A program made the translations under genes and the position numbers. From an uncultured bacterium (GTDB lineage: Bacteria > Myxococcota_A > UBA9042 > PHBI01), in contig CALHXW010000039.1 in the NCBI GenBank assembly GCA_938040325.1, positions 13,513 to 77,512 on the forward strand: DNA of 64,000 nt, read 5' to 3'. This document shows positions 9,970-19,160 of the stretch, piece after piece. The number at the start of each line of letters is the position of its first letter. Positions within the stretch are counted from its first letter, which is position 1. The notes below the pieces were generated by a model. That model was given only the letters and a program-made list of their open reading frames with translations, had not been told where the DNA came from and ran no database searches.

Positions 9970-12858
9970 ATGAGAGGACCCAAGCTGATGTTGAGCAACA
10001 CGATTGAGCGCGGCGTCATGCGTTGTGTGAGAGGGCTTCTGTTGGTGGGCTTGGTGGCGTGGGTCTCCTCGACCGCGTCGGCTGGCGACCTGCGGCACGC
10101 AGCACTCATCGACGAGGTGGTCGATGGCGCTGCAAGCACGTCGATCGGGACCGAAGTCGCCATCATCAACGCGCTCAAGAAACGAGGCATCACGTTCGTC
10201 GACGCAAGCCAAAGTCAGAAGGTTCGCTCGGTCACCGATGCTGGCACGCTGATCGCTGGCACCGTGCCCGACGTGGTCACGGCCCTCGATGCCGATGTCC
10301 TGATCGCTGCGGTCTGCCGCATGGAACAGATCAAAAACGAGCTGATCGCTGGAACGGCCGTGCGGTACAGCGCTGCGGTCGACGCAAAGCTCATTCGCGT
10401 CGACACCGGCCAGGTCGTCGGTGCCTACCAAGTGCTCGGCAAAGGTCTCGGCTTTTCGAAGGCGCAGGCACAGCAGAAAGCGGCACAGGACGCCGGCAAG
10501 AAGCTGGCCGAGGAGATTGCCGCTGCGTCGAGCGGCGCCGCGGTGGACGCTTCAAGCCTCGAGCTCACGGTCCAAGGGATTCCCAACGTCAGTGCTGGTG
10601 AGGCCGTTGTCCGCGGGCTTGAGCGGGTCAAGGGGATCAAAGGTGTGCGCGCACTCCAGATGGGGCGCGGTGCCGCCAAGCTTCGGCTCACGGTGTCGGC
10701 AGGCGCGCGGGAAACCGCCGTGGCGATCGACGGTGCGAGCGGCCTCGGCTTGAGCGTCTTCGGATACTCGCGCTCGGCCATCAAGGCCGAGTACCGCGCC
10801 GAGACTGCGACGCGCTTCCCCATCGTCATCACGCGATTCTCGGGCGGCCGAAAAGCCGGCTGGCGCGGTGACGCCATGGGCAAGATTGTGGGTGCGTCAC
10901 TGAGCAACACGGGCTTCGTAGATATCGTCAACAGCGACAAGCCCGCCCGGCTTGGCCGCAAGAAATCTCGGCTCAAGAAGGTGCTCAAAGGGCTGAAGAC
11001 CGACGCAACCAACGCGCTTGTGCTTGAGGGGGCTCTCCACCGCGGCGGCGGCAAGGAAAGCGTCGTGATCTCGCTGTCGTCTGCGGCCACCGGCGCCGTC
11101 ATCGCGACCGCTCAGCGGCCGTGTACAGGCGAGCTGGCGAGCTGCGTTGCGGCTGCCGGCGATGAGCTGAGCGATGGCCTGATGGGCAACTTGCTCAAGA
11201 AGCGACACCTCTTCAAGGACGCGCTTCCTGCCCGGGCGCAAGTCGCTTCCAAAGCCAGCGGCAGCGACGCGAAGCCGCTGCGCGTGCTCTCGCTTGACGT
11301 CGACAACGTTTACCCAGCCCGCTTGAACGCCTACCGCGACCAGCCGCTTGGAATGATCAACGTGGTCAACACCTCGTCGGAGCCCCTCCAGGACGTGGTC
11401 GTGGAGGCGAAGCTCGCTGGCTTTGCTGCACCGGTCGAGAGCAAATCAACGCAGATCGCGGCCAAGGGCAAAGCGACGCTTCCCATCAAGGTGGTGCTCG
11501 ACCCTGCAACACTCCGCGACCATGACGAGAACCAGACCGCCATCCTGACGCTGGTCATTCGGTACCGGGTCGGCGAGTTCCAAGTGGAGCAGCGTCGCAC
11601 CCGCGCCGTCATGGTCTTTGACCGCAACACCGTCAACTGGAGCACCCCAGGCTCCGTTGCATCGTTTGTGACGTCGCGCTCGTCGAGCGTTGCGCGACTC
11701 TCGCGCGATATCCAAGGCGCACTGCCCCCGTCTGCGGCCAGCGACCCTGTGGCGCTCGGCGCGGCCGTCTTCGCCGGGATGCAGGAGCTGGGGCTGCGCT
11801 ACCAGCGCGATCCGGTCAACCCCTACGGTGCAGAGGTGCTCGACACGGTCCAGTTCCCCGAGCAAACCCTGACCAACAACACGGGAGACTGCGACGACCT
11901 GGCCGTCTTGTACGCCTCGCTCGCAGAGTCGCTTGGGGTTCCCGCCGCGCTGGTCCTCACACCGGAGCACGTCTTCGTCGCGACCTACACCGGCGTTCCC
12001 AGCCAGTCCGGTGACCGGCTGCTCAACCACCGGGGCATGGCCTGGCTGCCGCTGGAGACCACCTTGTTGAACAAGTCTGTTGACGCCGCATGGGACCGTG
12101 CCGCTGAGCAGGTTGCAGCCCATGGCGACGCGCTGCGGGTCATCGAGGTTCGCAGCGCTTGGTCGGAACATCCACCCGCGGCGCTGGCGGCCGCTGGTGC
12201 CAATGGCTTCCGCTACGATGCCAAGGCGCTGCGCGGGTCGGTCTCCGCTGCGGTGAAGTCGATCGGCGCAAAGCGACGGGGGCGTCTATCCGATGACGTT
12301 GCGCGCATTGATGCGCTCCTCAAAGACCAAGGCGACAAGCCGCAGCTGCGACTCCAGAAAGGCTACCTCTTAGCGCGTGCCGGCGACTTCGCTGCGGCCC
12401 AAGCGGAGTTTGATCGCCTGACCAACGCCCGCGCCTGGTCGGCGTTCGCCGTCAACAACAACGGCAACGTTCACCTCCTCGACGGTCGGCCAGCAGTTGC
12501 GCGTAAGCAATACTTGGCTGCGCTCAAGCTCCGACAAGGCGACGCTCGGATCCATGCCAATGCCGCGATCGCGTCGCACTTGCTTGGTGATGCCTCAGCA
12601 TTCGATGACCACCTCTTTGAGTGCATCGCCAACGGCGGCGACGCGCTCGTCGCCCAGATCAGCCGCAGCGGCCTCGGTGGCGCGGGCGCACGCGGTTCCG
12701 CGGCTGGCAGGTCCTCGCTTGGACAAGCGATTCGTGACGCGTACAAGCGTCGGAATGTATCGTTACCCAACGGGTTAGCAGTGGGAGGGCGGCGCGCGAC
12801 GTCCGCCGAGTCCACCGTGACGCTGGCTGCCGAGCAGCTCCAATGGTTGTGGGAATGA
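9970..12858 (+). CDS. Large exported protein with CsgG/FlgT-like modules, transglutaminase-like domain and TPR repeats
   Basis: Signal-like N-terminus (start could be 9970, 9988 or 10018); AKLIRVDTGQVV; GDCDDLAVLYASL...PEHVF...WLPLETT triad; helical TPR-like C-terminus. Confidence 0.7.
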   Translation: MRGPKLMLSNTIERGVMRCVRGLLLVGLVAWVSSTASAGDLRHAALIDEVVDGAASTSIGTEVAIINALKKRGITFVDASQSQKVRSVTDAGTLIAGTVPDVVTALDADVLIAAVCRMEQIKNELIAGTAVRYSAAVDAKLIRVDTGQVVGAYQVLGKGLGFSKAQAQQKAAQDAGKKLAEEIAAASSGAAVDASSLELTVQGIPNVSAGEAVVRGLERVKGIKGVRALQMGRGAAKLRLTVSAGARETAVAIDGASGLGLSVFGYSRSAIKAEYRAETATRFPIVITRFSGGRKAGWRGDAMGKIVGASLSNTGFVDIVNSDKPARLGRKKSRLKKVLKGLKTDATNALVLEGALHRGGGKESVVISLSSAATGAVIATAQRPCTGELASCVAAAGDELSDGLMGNLLKKRHLFKDALPARAQVASKASGSDAKPLRVLSLDVDNVYPARLNAYRDQPLGMINVVNTSSEPLQDVVVEAKLAGFAAPVESKSTQIAAKGKATLPIKVVLDPATLRDHDENQTAILTLVIRYRVGEFQVEQRRTRAVMVFDRNTVNWSTPGSVASFVTSRSSSVARLSRDIQGALPPSAASDPVALGAAVFAGMQELGLRYQRDPVNPYGAEVLDTVQFPEQTLTNNTGDCDDLAVLYASLAESLGVPAALVLTPEHVFVATYTGVPSQSGDRLLNHRGMAWLPLETTLLNKSVDAAWDRAAEQVAAHGDALRVIEVRSAWSEHPPAALAAAGANGFRYDAKALRGSVSAAVKSIGAKRRGRLSDDVARIDALLKDQGDKPQLRLQKGYLLARAGDFAAAQAEFDRLTNARAWSAFAVNNNGNVHLLDGRPAVARKQYLAALKLRQGDARIHANAAIASHLLGDASAFDDHLFECIANGGDALVAQISRSGLGGAGARGSAAGRSSLGQAIRDAYKRRNVSLPNGLAVGGRRATSAESTVTLAAEQLQWLWE

Positions 12859-13490
12859 AAAGATCAATGCAAAGCCAGACCTCGGCGCGATGGCCCTCGG
12901 GCCTCCGCGCAGTCCTTCTCATGACGGCGCTCGCGCTTGTGACGCCGACTGGCTTTGCTGCGGAACCAGATGAGGCTCCCGGTGGCCTCAAGGTCGGCGA
13001 CTTTGCGCCTCAGTTTCTGATGAAGACGCTCAACCCCAAAGAGAGTGGGGTGGAGATGTTTTCCACCAAGCGCGTCGTGGGCAGTCAGGCCGACCAGCCA
13101 AAGGCGGGTCTGGTCGTGACGTTCGCTGCGTCGTGGTGCAAGCCATGCAAGCGCGAGCTCCCAGAGATCAAAAAGCTCGCCGATCGCTACGCCGACAAAG
13201 GAATTGCCACGGTTGTCGTCGTTGTCGACCGTGAGCCGGCAGCCACCGAGACCATGCGATCCCTGCTTGTCGACGAGCTCAAGTTCAGCCATCCGGTTCT
13301 CACCGATCGGTTCGGGGTTGTCGGACGTCGATACTTCGCCGAAGAGCTGCCGATGACGGTCGTCGTCGATGCCGATGCAAAGATTGTCTGGCTTCGCTCC
13401 GGATACGATGAAAAGACGGCTCGTGACCTTGAGCGCGAGCTGAAAGAGCTCGCCAAGAAGGCCGCAAACAGGCCATCCAAGGGCAAGTAG
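12855..13490 (+). CDS. TlpA-family thiol:disulfide oxidoreductase, exported
   Basis: FAASWCKPCKRELP, ELPMTVVVD; ATGA overlap with the upstream stop. Confidence 0.85.
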   Translation: MKRSMQSQTSARWPSGLRAVLLMTALALVTPTGFAAEPDEAPGGLKVGDFAPQFLMKTLNPKESGVEMFSTKRVVGSQADQPKAGLVVTFAASWCKPCKRELPEIKKLADRYADKGIATVVVVVDREPAATETMRSLLVDELKFSHPVLTDRFGVVGRRYFAEELPMTVVVDADAKIVWLRSGYDEKTARDLERELKELAKKAANRPSKGK

Positions 13491-13564
13491 TTCCGCGACG
13501 CGGAAAGCCTCGCTGCCAGCGTTGCCAGGAACGTGCATGCCGGACTTCGACAGCAGCTGCGTCC

Positions 13565-15589
13565 CTAGCGGCGGAACGAGTACGTTAGCGTGCCTCGAGA
13601 GCCCGACTTCAGCGCTGGCAGTCCAGCGCGTGACAGCAGCTGCTTGGCGCACGCGTCAAAGGCTGCGTCTTTGGGGCGTGACCCAATGCGAGTGACCGCG
13701 CCGTCCGACTTGACGAGCGCATGCGCCTGGAGGTCCTTTCCGGCCTTGCCCAAGCTGCTCTTGCGGTAGCAGCTCTTAAGCCTGACGCCGAAGCTCTTGG
13801 CAGCTTGCTTTCCGCGGCTGCTGAAGTCAGCGCTCGCCCGGACCGACACCCGGCTCGACGACGTCTTTCGCTTCACCGTCTTTGGAGCGGTGGTGGGGGG
13901 CCTGGTCGCTGCAGCCGCGCTTGGGGACGCACCGACAACCACCGGCGCCCTGATGGTGCTTGGGGCGCCGACCGGCGCCTTGACGGTACTTGGGGCCACG
14001 TCCGGCGCGGTGCTTGCGGTGACAACCGGCGACTCGATGACGCGCGCGCTCGTGGCGGGAGGTTCATCGGTCCCTGTCGCGCTGGTGCGCGCGCTCGGGG
14101 CTTCAGGGGCGGCGAGCTTGGCGGTGTCTGACGTCTTGCCGGTGGCCACCCGGATATCGCTGGAAGTTGCGGTGCCTGCCTTTATCGGTGGGCTCTTCGC
14201 GTCTTCGACGCCAAGCGGCCCCGCGTCTGGTTGGAGCGTGCTGGCTTCCCCCTGGGGTTGGGGGGTCGTGGCTGCCATATCCGGCGTTGAAGACCCGTCG
14301 TCGCCGGTCAAGGTCTCCACGAGCAGGTAGCTACCGAGGAGCACGGAGGCCGCAACAAAGAGCCACCGAAGCATGCTCGACCGCGACCGCTGTGGTGGCG
14401 TGCTGCCGAGCGTCTTGGCCGTCTCAGTCACGGGTGCCGCGCGGCCAATGCTGGGAGCCGCGACCTGATGCGTGGTGTGGCTCTGCGGCGCCGTCGAGGG
14501 CACGGCCGCTGGGTCCAAGGTGTCTTCTCCGCCAGGCCGCGACGCTGGTCGACCGGGCTGTGTCGCAGGCGAACCAGGGACCGTCACGTCGCCCGCCGTG
14601 TCGATACCAGCTGGGCTGCGGCGGTAGGACGCTGGATCGTTGTCGGTGAGCGTCAGCGCTTCGAGTGCAAGGTAGAGCTCATCGGTCGAGGCATAGCGGG
14701 CGTCTGGCGCCTTCGCCAAGCACCGGGTGATGACGGCGCCGAGCGCACGCGAGCTAGGCGTATCGGCGATGACCTCGGAGAGCACTGGCGGTTTGGCCGA
14801 CAGGTGCTTGAACATCAGCGCGACCTTCGTCTCAGCATCGAAGGGCAGGCGGTCAGCGGCAATATCGAAGAGCGTGCAGCCGAGCGAGTAGATGTCGGCC
14901 GCCGGACCTACGGCTTTGCCGTCGATCTGCTCGGGGCTCATGTAGGCAATGCTTCCCACTGCGGCGTTGGTTGCCGTCAGCCGGGTTGAGCCGTCGTCGA
15001 CAAGCTTGACGATGCCGAAGTCGAGGACCTTGGTGTGTAGAGCGCCCGTGGTCTCACGCTCCAACATCAGGTTGGAGGGCTTCAGGTCTCGGTGAACCAG
15101 CCCTGCGCGGTGAGCCTCGCTCAGAGACTTGCAGACGTGCATACCCACGGTGCGCACGGTGGTCAGCGGCAGCGGTCCCTTTGTCGAGACCATCTCGTCG
15201 AGCGCGGTGCCGTCGAGGAGCTCCATCACAAGGTAGAGAGCGCCATCACTGAGCTCACCGAAGTCAAAGACCGTGACCGTGTGCGGGCTCTTAAGAGCCG
15301 CAGTCGCGCGGGCTTCACGAATGAATCGCTTGCGGAGCATGGCGTCGCGTGCGGCGCCGGGCATCAACGTCTTAAGCGCGACGTTGCGGCCCATGGCCAG
15401 CTGGTACGCACGGTAGACAACGCCCATCCCGCCGTGGCCGATGACGGTGGTGAGCAGGTACCGGTCGCTGACGATGGTGCCGATCCTCGGGTCGCCCACG
15501 CCGAGCACCAGCAGCTCGGACTCGTCTTCGGTGCAGACGAACTCGCTGCCTTCGTAGCGACGCAGACACTGAGGGCAGACGCTCGTCAT
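13565..15589 (-). CDS. Membrane Ser/Thr kinase with N-terminal Cys knuckle and AgmX/PglI-like C-terminal domain
   Basis: CPQC...C, IGHGGMG, HRDLKPSN, DFG, YMSPEQ, one TM helix, Pro/Thr/Ala linker, LKSCY...FDAC C-terminus. Confidence 0.87.
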   Translation of the reverse strand: MTSVCPQCLRRYEGSEFVCTEDESELLVLGVGDPRIGTIVSDRYLLTTVIGHGGMGVVYRAYQLAMGRNVALKTLMPGAARDAMLRKRFIREARATAALKSPHTVTVFDFGELSDGALYLVMELLDGTALDEMVSTKGPLPLTTVRTVGMHVCKSLSEAHRAGLVHRDLKPSNLMLERETTGALHTKVLDFGIVKLVDDGSTRLTATNAAVGSIAYMSPEQIDGKAVGPAADIYSLGCTLFDIAADRLPFDAETKVALMFKHLSAKPPVLSEVIADTPSSRALGAVITRCLAKAPDARYASTDELYLALEALTLTDNDPASYRRSPAGIDTAGDVTVPGSPATQPGRPASRPGGEDTLDPAAVPSTAPQSHTTHQVAAPSIGRAAPVTETAKTLGSTPPQRSRSSMLRWLFVAASVLLGSYLLVETLTGDDGSSTPDMAATTPQPQGEASTLQPDAGPLGVEDAKSPPIKAGTATSSDIRVATGKTSDTAKLAAPEAPSARTSATGTDEPPATSARVIESPVVTASTAPDVAPSTVKAPVGAPSTIRAPVVVGASPSAAAATRPPTTAPKTVKRKTSSSRVSVRASADFSSRGKQAAKSFGVRLKSCYRKSSLGKAGKDLQAHALVKSDGAVTRIGSRPKDAAFDACAKQLLSRAGLPALKSGSRGTLTYSFRR

Positions 15590-15604
15590 CGGGGAACTCC
15601 CGAG

Positions 15605-16909
15605 CTACCGCCGTGGCATGACGGAGCTCGTTGCCGAAGGCCGCTGGATGTTGATGTTGATCTGGCCATCGTCGACCTCTTGGTTGGCCAAGATGAAGGC
15701 TGTGGCTGTGCCGGCGGCGACAACGCCACCGATAATCGCCCACGTCCACCATTCCTCGTACCACTCATTGGGCTGTTCGATCAGCTGCATCTGAAGCGGC
15801 GTCGTCTGGCCGTCGAGCACATAGGCTTCCTTGTACAGTGGGTAGTAACCGTCTGACGCGAGCGTCATTCCGTACTTACCCACGGGGAGGCTCTTCAGTG
15901 TCGTCGTCTCGGAGAACTCGCGCACGTTGTCTGCCATCGTGATCTGGCCGTCGCCGATGTTTGAGCGGACGCGGATGGAGCCTGTTCCGTCGAGCGGCCG
16001 GCCCAGTAGACGCCAGGTGGCGAACCTCAGCGTAAACGCTAGCTCGGCAGCGTCGGCTCGAACCGACTCCGAGACGCGGCTGGCAACCGTGGCGCGGTGA
16101 ACGTCCATGAGCTTGAGGGTCACCACGAACGAGTCGCCGAGCTTTCCGACGCTTCCGGTGACCAGGTAGTCGACCCCAAGGGCGCCGCCGATCTCGACGA
16201 GACACGATGTGTCGTCGTCGCAGCTGAGGGCGCTCTTCTCGGCTTGAAACCGAAGCATCGTCTTGATCTCTTCTCGGCTGATGACGCCAAGGCCCTCGAA
16301 CTTCTTGAGCTCAAGGGTGAGAAGCTCCGTCAGGTTCTGTGCGATCGCACCATCGACGCCATGGGGCTTCAGGTCGACGACCGCTGCTTTGGTCCCCTCG
16401 GGAGCGACCTTCAACACGAACTTTGGGGCACCCGAGCCGGCGTCACCCAGCAGGCGATCGGCTGCAGCCTTCACGCCGGCGATCAAGTCCTCGGTGTTGT
16501 CGGCCTCGGCGCCCTCAACGCCCACCACGAGCGCTCTGTCGGCGTCGGCGAGCTTCAGCGTCACCACGTAGGTCGAGCCCAGCTTGCCGAGGTGTCCGCT
16601 GACCACCTTGTTGGCTTCGATCATCGTCTGAAGGTTGGCGAGACACTTGGTGTCGCTCTCACAGCCGAGGACCTGCTTGTCTTGCTCGTGACCGAGCATC
16701 ACTTGGATCTCGGCTTCACCAAGCACGGTGATCTTGTCTTTGCGCCCAAGGTGCAAGAGTAGTGCGTCGTTGACCTGAGCGGCCGCGGCAGCAAGCTCGG
16801 AGGTCGACTTCAGTTTGTAGACAACCACGCGTGTGCGCTCAGCGGCGGAGGCTCCACCGGGGAGGGCAACAACAATGGCTAGGAGGGCGGCGAGTGTGAG
16901 GCGCAACAT
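15605..16909 (-). CDS. Exported protein with two CsgG/TolB-N-like repeats and a PEGA-like domain
   Basis: Internal duplication (GHLGKLGSTYVVTLKL / GSVGKLGDSFVVTLKL, each preceded by C-x4-C-L); LPVGKYGMTL; WYEEWWTW-hydrophobic tail. Confidence 0.65.
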   Translation of the reverse strand: MLRLTLAALLAIVVALPGGASAAERTRVVVYKLKSTSELAAAAAQVNDALLLHLGRKDKITVLGEAEIQVMLGHEQDKQVLGCESDTKCLANLQTMIEANKVVSGHLGKLGSTYVVTLKLADADRALVVGVEGAEADNTEDLIAGVKAAADRLLGDAGSGAPKFVLKVAPEGTKAAVVDLKPHGVDGAIAQNLTELLTLELKKFEGLGVISREEIKTMLRFQAEKSALSCDDDTSCLVEIGGALGVDYLVTGSVGKLGDSFVVTLKLMDVHRATVASRVSESVRADAAELAFTLRFATWRLLGRPLDGTGSIRVRSNIGDGQITMADNVREFSETTTLKSLPVGKYGMTLASDGYYPLYKEAYVLDGQTTPLQMQLIEQPNEWYEEWWTWAIIGGVVAAGTATAFILANQEVDDGQININIQRPSATSSVMPRR

Positions 16910-16986
16910 GGTCGGAACCCTAACAGGTCTGACGTTTCTGGTCGCACGAAAGTGGCAGCCTTGAGGCTGACGAGCCTGGGCCCCGA

Positions 16987-17727
16987 TCACCGCTGGATTC
17001 GTTGGATGAGCACCGTGGCGCCCTCAGGGGCGGTGTTGACGACCGGACGGTTGCACGTCCCGTCGGTCCCCTTTGCGGATGCAGACCAGCCGTCTGTTGA
17101 GAGCTGGACCGGTGCGCTGGTCAGTACCGCGACGAGCCACTGACACTCCCCGTCCATCGGGGCTGGCGTGAGGCGGATCAGCTCCGAGCTGAGTACGCGG
17201 TTGGCCTCTTGAAGGTGAGGCGCGGTGGTCTCCGACAGGACGACAGCGTTGAGCGTCGACGCCCCGCCCGCGGCGACGGTCACCCGGCCGCTCTTGGCGT
17301 CCCATCCGACACGGGCGACGGCCGCTCCGCCCACGGCTGCACCCATGGTCGGCGCACGGTCCTCGCTGGCCTTTTCGGCGGACGGAATCAAGTACATGGC
17401 TCCGAGCGTGGCCATCGCGACGGCCGCGACAGCGTAAAGCCAACGCCGTGGAGCGCGCGGCGCGGCCGCTTGCTGCCGCCGGTCGCCGATACGAACGACA
17501 TTGCCAGCGTCCTGGTGCGAGAGCTCGCGCATCGCGGCCGCGAGGCTCGGGTCGGATGCGACCAGCGAGCGAGCCACCGCCAGCTCGTCATCGGCCGCGT
17601 CACCGTCGAGCATCCGCGCGACCGGCTCGAGCTTACCGTCGATGGGGGCTGCCTCATCTTGGCCGTTGTAGCGCTGAGTCAGCAATCGCGCGATGGGGTC
17701 GTTAGGGTCGACTTGCTCGTCAATCAT
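16987..17727 (-). CDS. Single-pass membrane protein, anti-sigma-factor-like
   Basis: ATG after GGAGG; RMLDGDA...HQDAGNVVRI...RRWLYAVAAVA TM; the longer track ORF overlaps the divergent gene. Confidence 0.5.
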   Translation of the reverse strand: MIDEQVDPNDPIARLLTQRYNGQDEAAPIDGKLEPVARMLDGDAADDELAVARSLVASDPSLAAAMRELSHQDAGNVVRIGDRRQQAAAPRAPRRWLYAVAAVAMATLGAMYLIPSAEKASEDRAPTMGAAVGGAAVARVGWDAKSGRVTVAAGGASTLNAVVLSETTAPHLQEANRVLSSELIRLTPAPMDGECQWLVAVLTSAPVQLSTDGWSASAKGTDGTCNRPVVNTAPEGATVLIQRIQR

Positions 17728-17868
17728 GGGTGCCTCCGAGGACGTGTCTCCGTAAGTGGGGACCCGGGCGCAGCGACAGGTAAACCGCGACGGCTGTTTT
17801 TTGTCCATGTCGCGTGCCATCGCGCGCGACAGTGGCATTGAGCGCGGCGATTGCGCTAAACGATCGGC

Positions 17869-18444
17869 ATGCTGCTTCCTCGACGCCTCGGCTGGCTTGC
17901 CACCTCTCTCTTTGTCGCTGTCATCGGCCTGTCGGGCCTCTGCGGGTTCTCGGATGCCATGGCTGGGCCGCCCGACAGCTACAAGACCCGCACGCTCCGG
18001 CTCAAGCACATGACCGCGGAGCGCGCCGTCGCTTTGCACGAGCGAGTCGTTGGGTCGCAGGGCGAGAGCTCTATCGTTGCGCGGCCAGACGGACGCTCGG
18101 TCATCGTCCATGACACCGCACCCCGGCTGCGACGCTTCCGGACGCTCCTCAGAGAGCTGGACGTTGCCGATGATGGCGGCGAGCGACGACTCTACGTGCG
18201 TCCAGTGCTTCACGTGACGCCCTCACGCTTGGCCGAGCTTGCGCTCGACGTGTTCGACCAACAAAAGGGTGCCGACGCGCTCAAGATCATTGCCGATGAC
18301 CGTGCCGGCGTGCTTGTGGTGAGCACGACATACCCGACGTACCTCAAGCTCGACCGGTTGCTGCGGCGACTCGACTCGAGCCCCTATCGCGGCCGCCGTG
18401 CGATCCGCGTCACTCCTGCGCCTCCCGGAGACGTCTTCCGATGA
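17869..18444 (+). CDS. Stand-alone secretin N-domain protein (two GspD N-like repeats)
   Basis: TRTLRLKHMTAE...IVARPDGRSVIV...LRELD and IIADDRAGVLVV...LLRRLD; signal peptide; no secretin barrel. Confidence 0.6.
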   Translation: MLLPRRLGWLATSLFVAVIGLSGLCGFSDAMAGPPDSYKTRTLRLKHMTAERAVALHERVVGSQGESSIVARPDGRSVIVHDTAPRLRRFRTLLRELDVADDGGERRLYVRPVLHVTPSRLAELALDVFDQQKGADALKIIADDRAGVLVVSTTYPTYLKLDRLLRRLDSSPYRGRRAIRVTPAPPGDVFR

Positions 18445-19100
18445 ACAGGTCCTCGCGCTTCGTCGCACTCCTTGCCCTGCTGCTCGCCGGTGGTTGCGGC
18501 CCAAGCCTTCAAACAGCCGAGCGCGGTCCGCGCATCGGTACCGCTAGCGATCCCGTGCTCGTTGCCGTCGTCGATGGCCGGGCTCCCCAGGGCATGCGGG
18601 CGGTAAGCCTTAGCGTGTGGGACGTCCACCCCTCAGACGCGCTGCCGGAGACGGCCCCCAGGGACGTTGTCGAGTCGATGCGCGCGGAGGCTGCCGAGCG
18701 AGGTGCGACTCACCTTCACGTCCAGCGAACAGAGTCACCATGGCGGAAAGCCTTCTATGGCCGTGGGCTCGCGCCACTGCCCGCCAACAACGTCAAGCCG
18801 GCGAGCGCTCAGTGTGAGGGCGGGGCGTTCACGGCCGGTCTGGCCGCAGCCAACAAACAAGCCGCTCGCTGCATCAAGGGCCTGCTCCAGGAGCGACCCG
18901 CGCTCAAAGGCAACGTCGAGGTGCTCTTTGAGGTCGATAGCTTCGGCCGGACCCTCTACGCGACACCAAGTGCCGGTTCAAGCCGAGACGGCCAGGTTCA
19001 GTCCTGCGCACTCGACGCACTCTTCGATGCCGACCTCGGCGAGCCGACAGCGCTGACGTGTCGCGGTCGGTTCTCGATGCCGTTTCCGATGGGGCACTAA
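18441..19100 (+). CDS. Lipoprotein with AgmX/PglI (TonB-C-like) C-terminal domain
   Basis: Lipobox LAGGC; RC..GLLQERPALKGNVEVLFEVD..G...VQSC...FSMPF; ATGA coupling. Confidence 0.6.
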   Translation: MNRSSRFVALLALLLAGGCGPSLQTAERGPRIGTASDPVLVAVVDGRAPQGMRAVSLSVWDVHPSDALPETAPRDVVESMRAEAAERGATHLHVQRTESPWRKAFYGRGLAPLPANNVKPASAQCEGGAFTAGLAAANKQAARCIKGLLQERPALKGNVEVLFEVDSFGRTLYATPSAGSSRDGQVQSCALDALFDADLGEPTALTCRGRFSMPFPMGH

Positions 19101-19160
19101 GCGCCGCTGCGATGGCCTACGGCGGCTGGCCAGCTGCTCTCTCGACGATGAGGTATCGCG

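Noticed and set aside
9358..10431. Minus-strand ORFs across the 9.4-10 kb spacer
   Set aside because: Overlap real genes on the other strand and run through the regulatory repeats; no protein motifs
17800..17822. Sigma54 promoter for the 17727 gene (TGGCACG on the minus strand)
   Set aside because: The -12 position reads GG rather than GC
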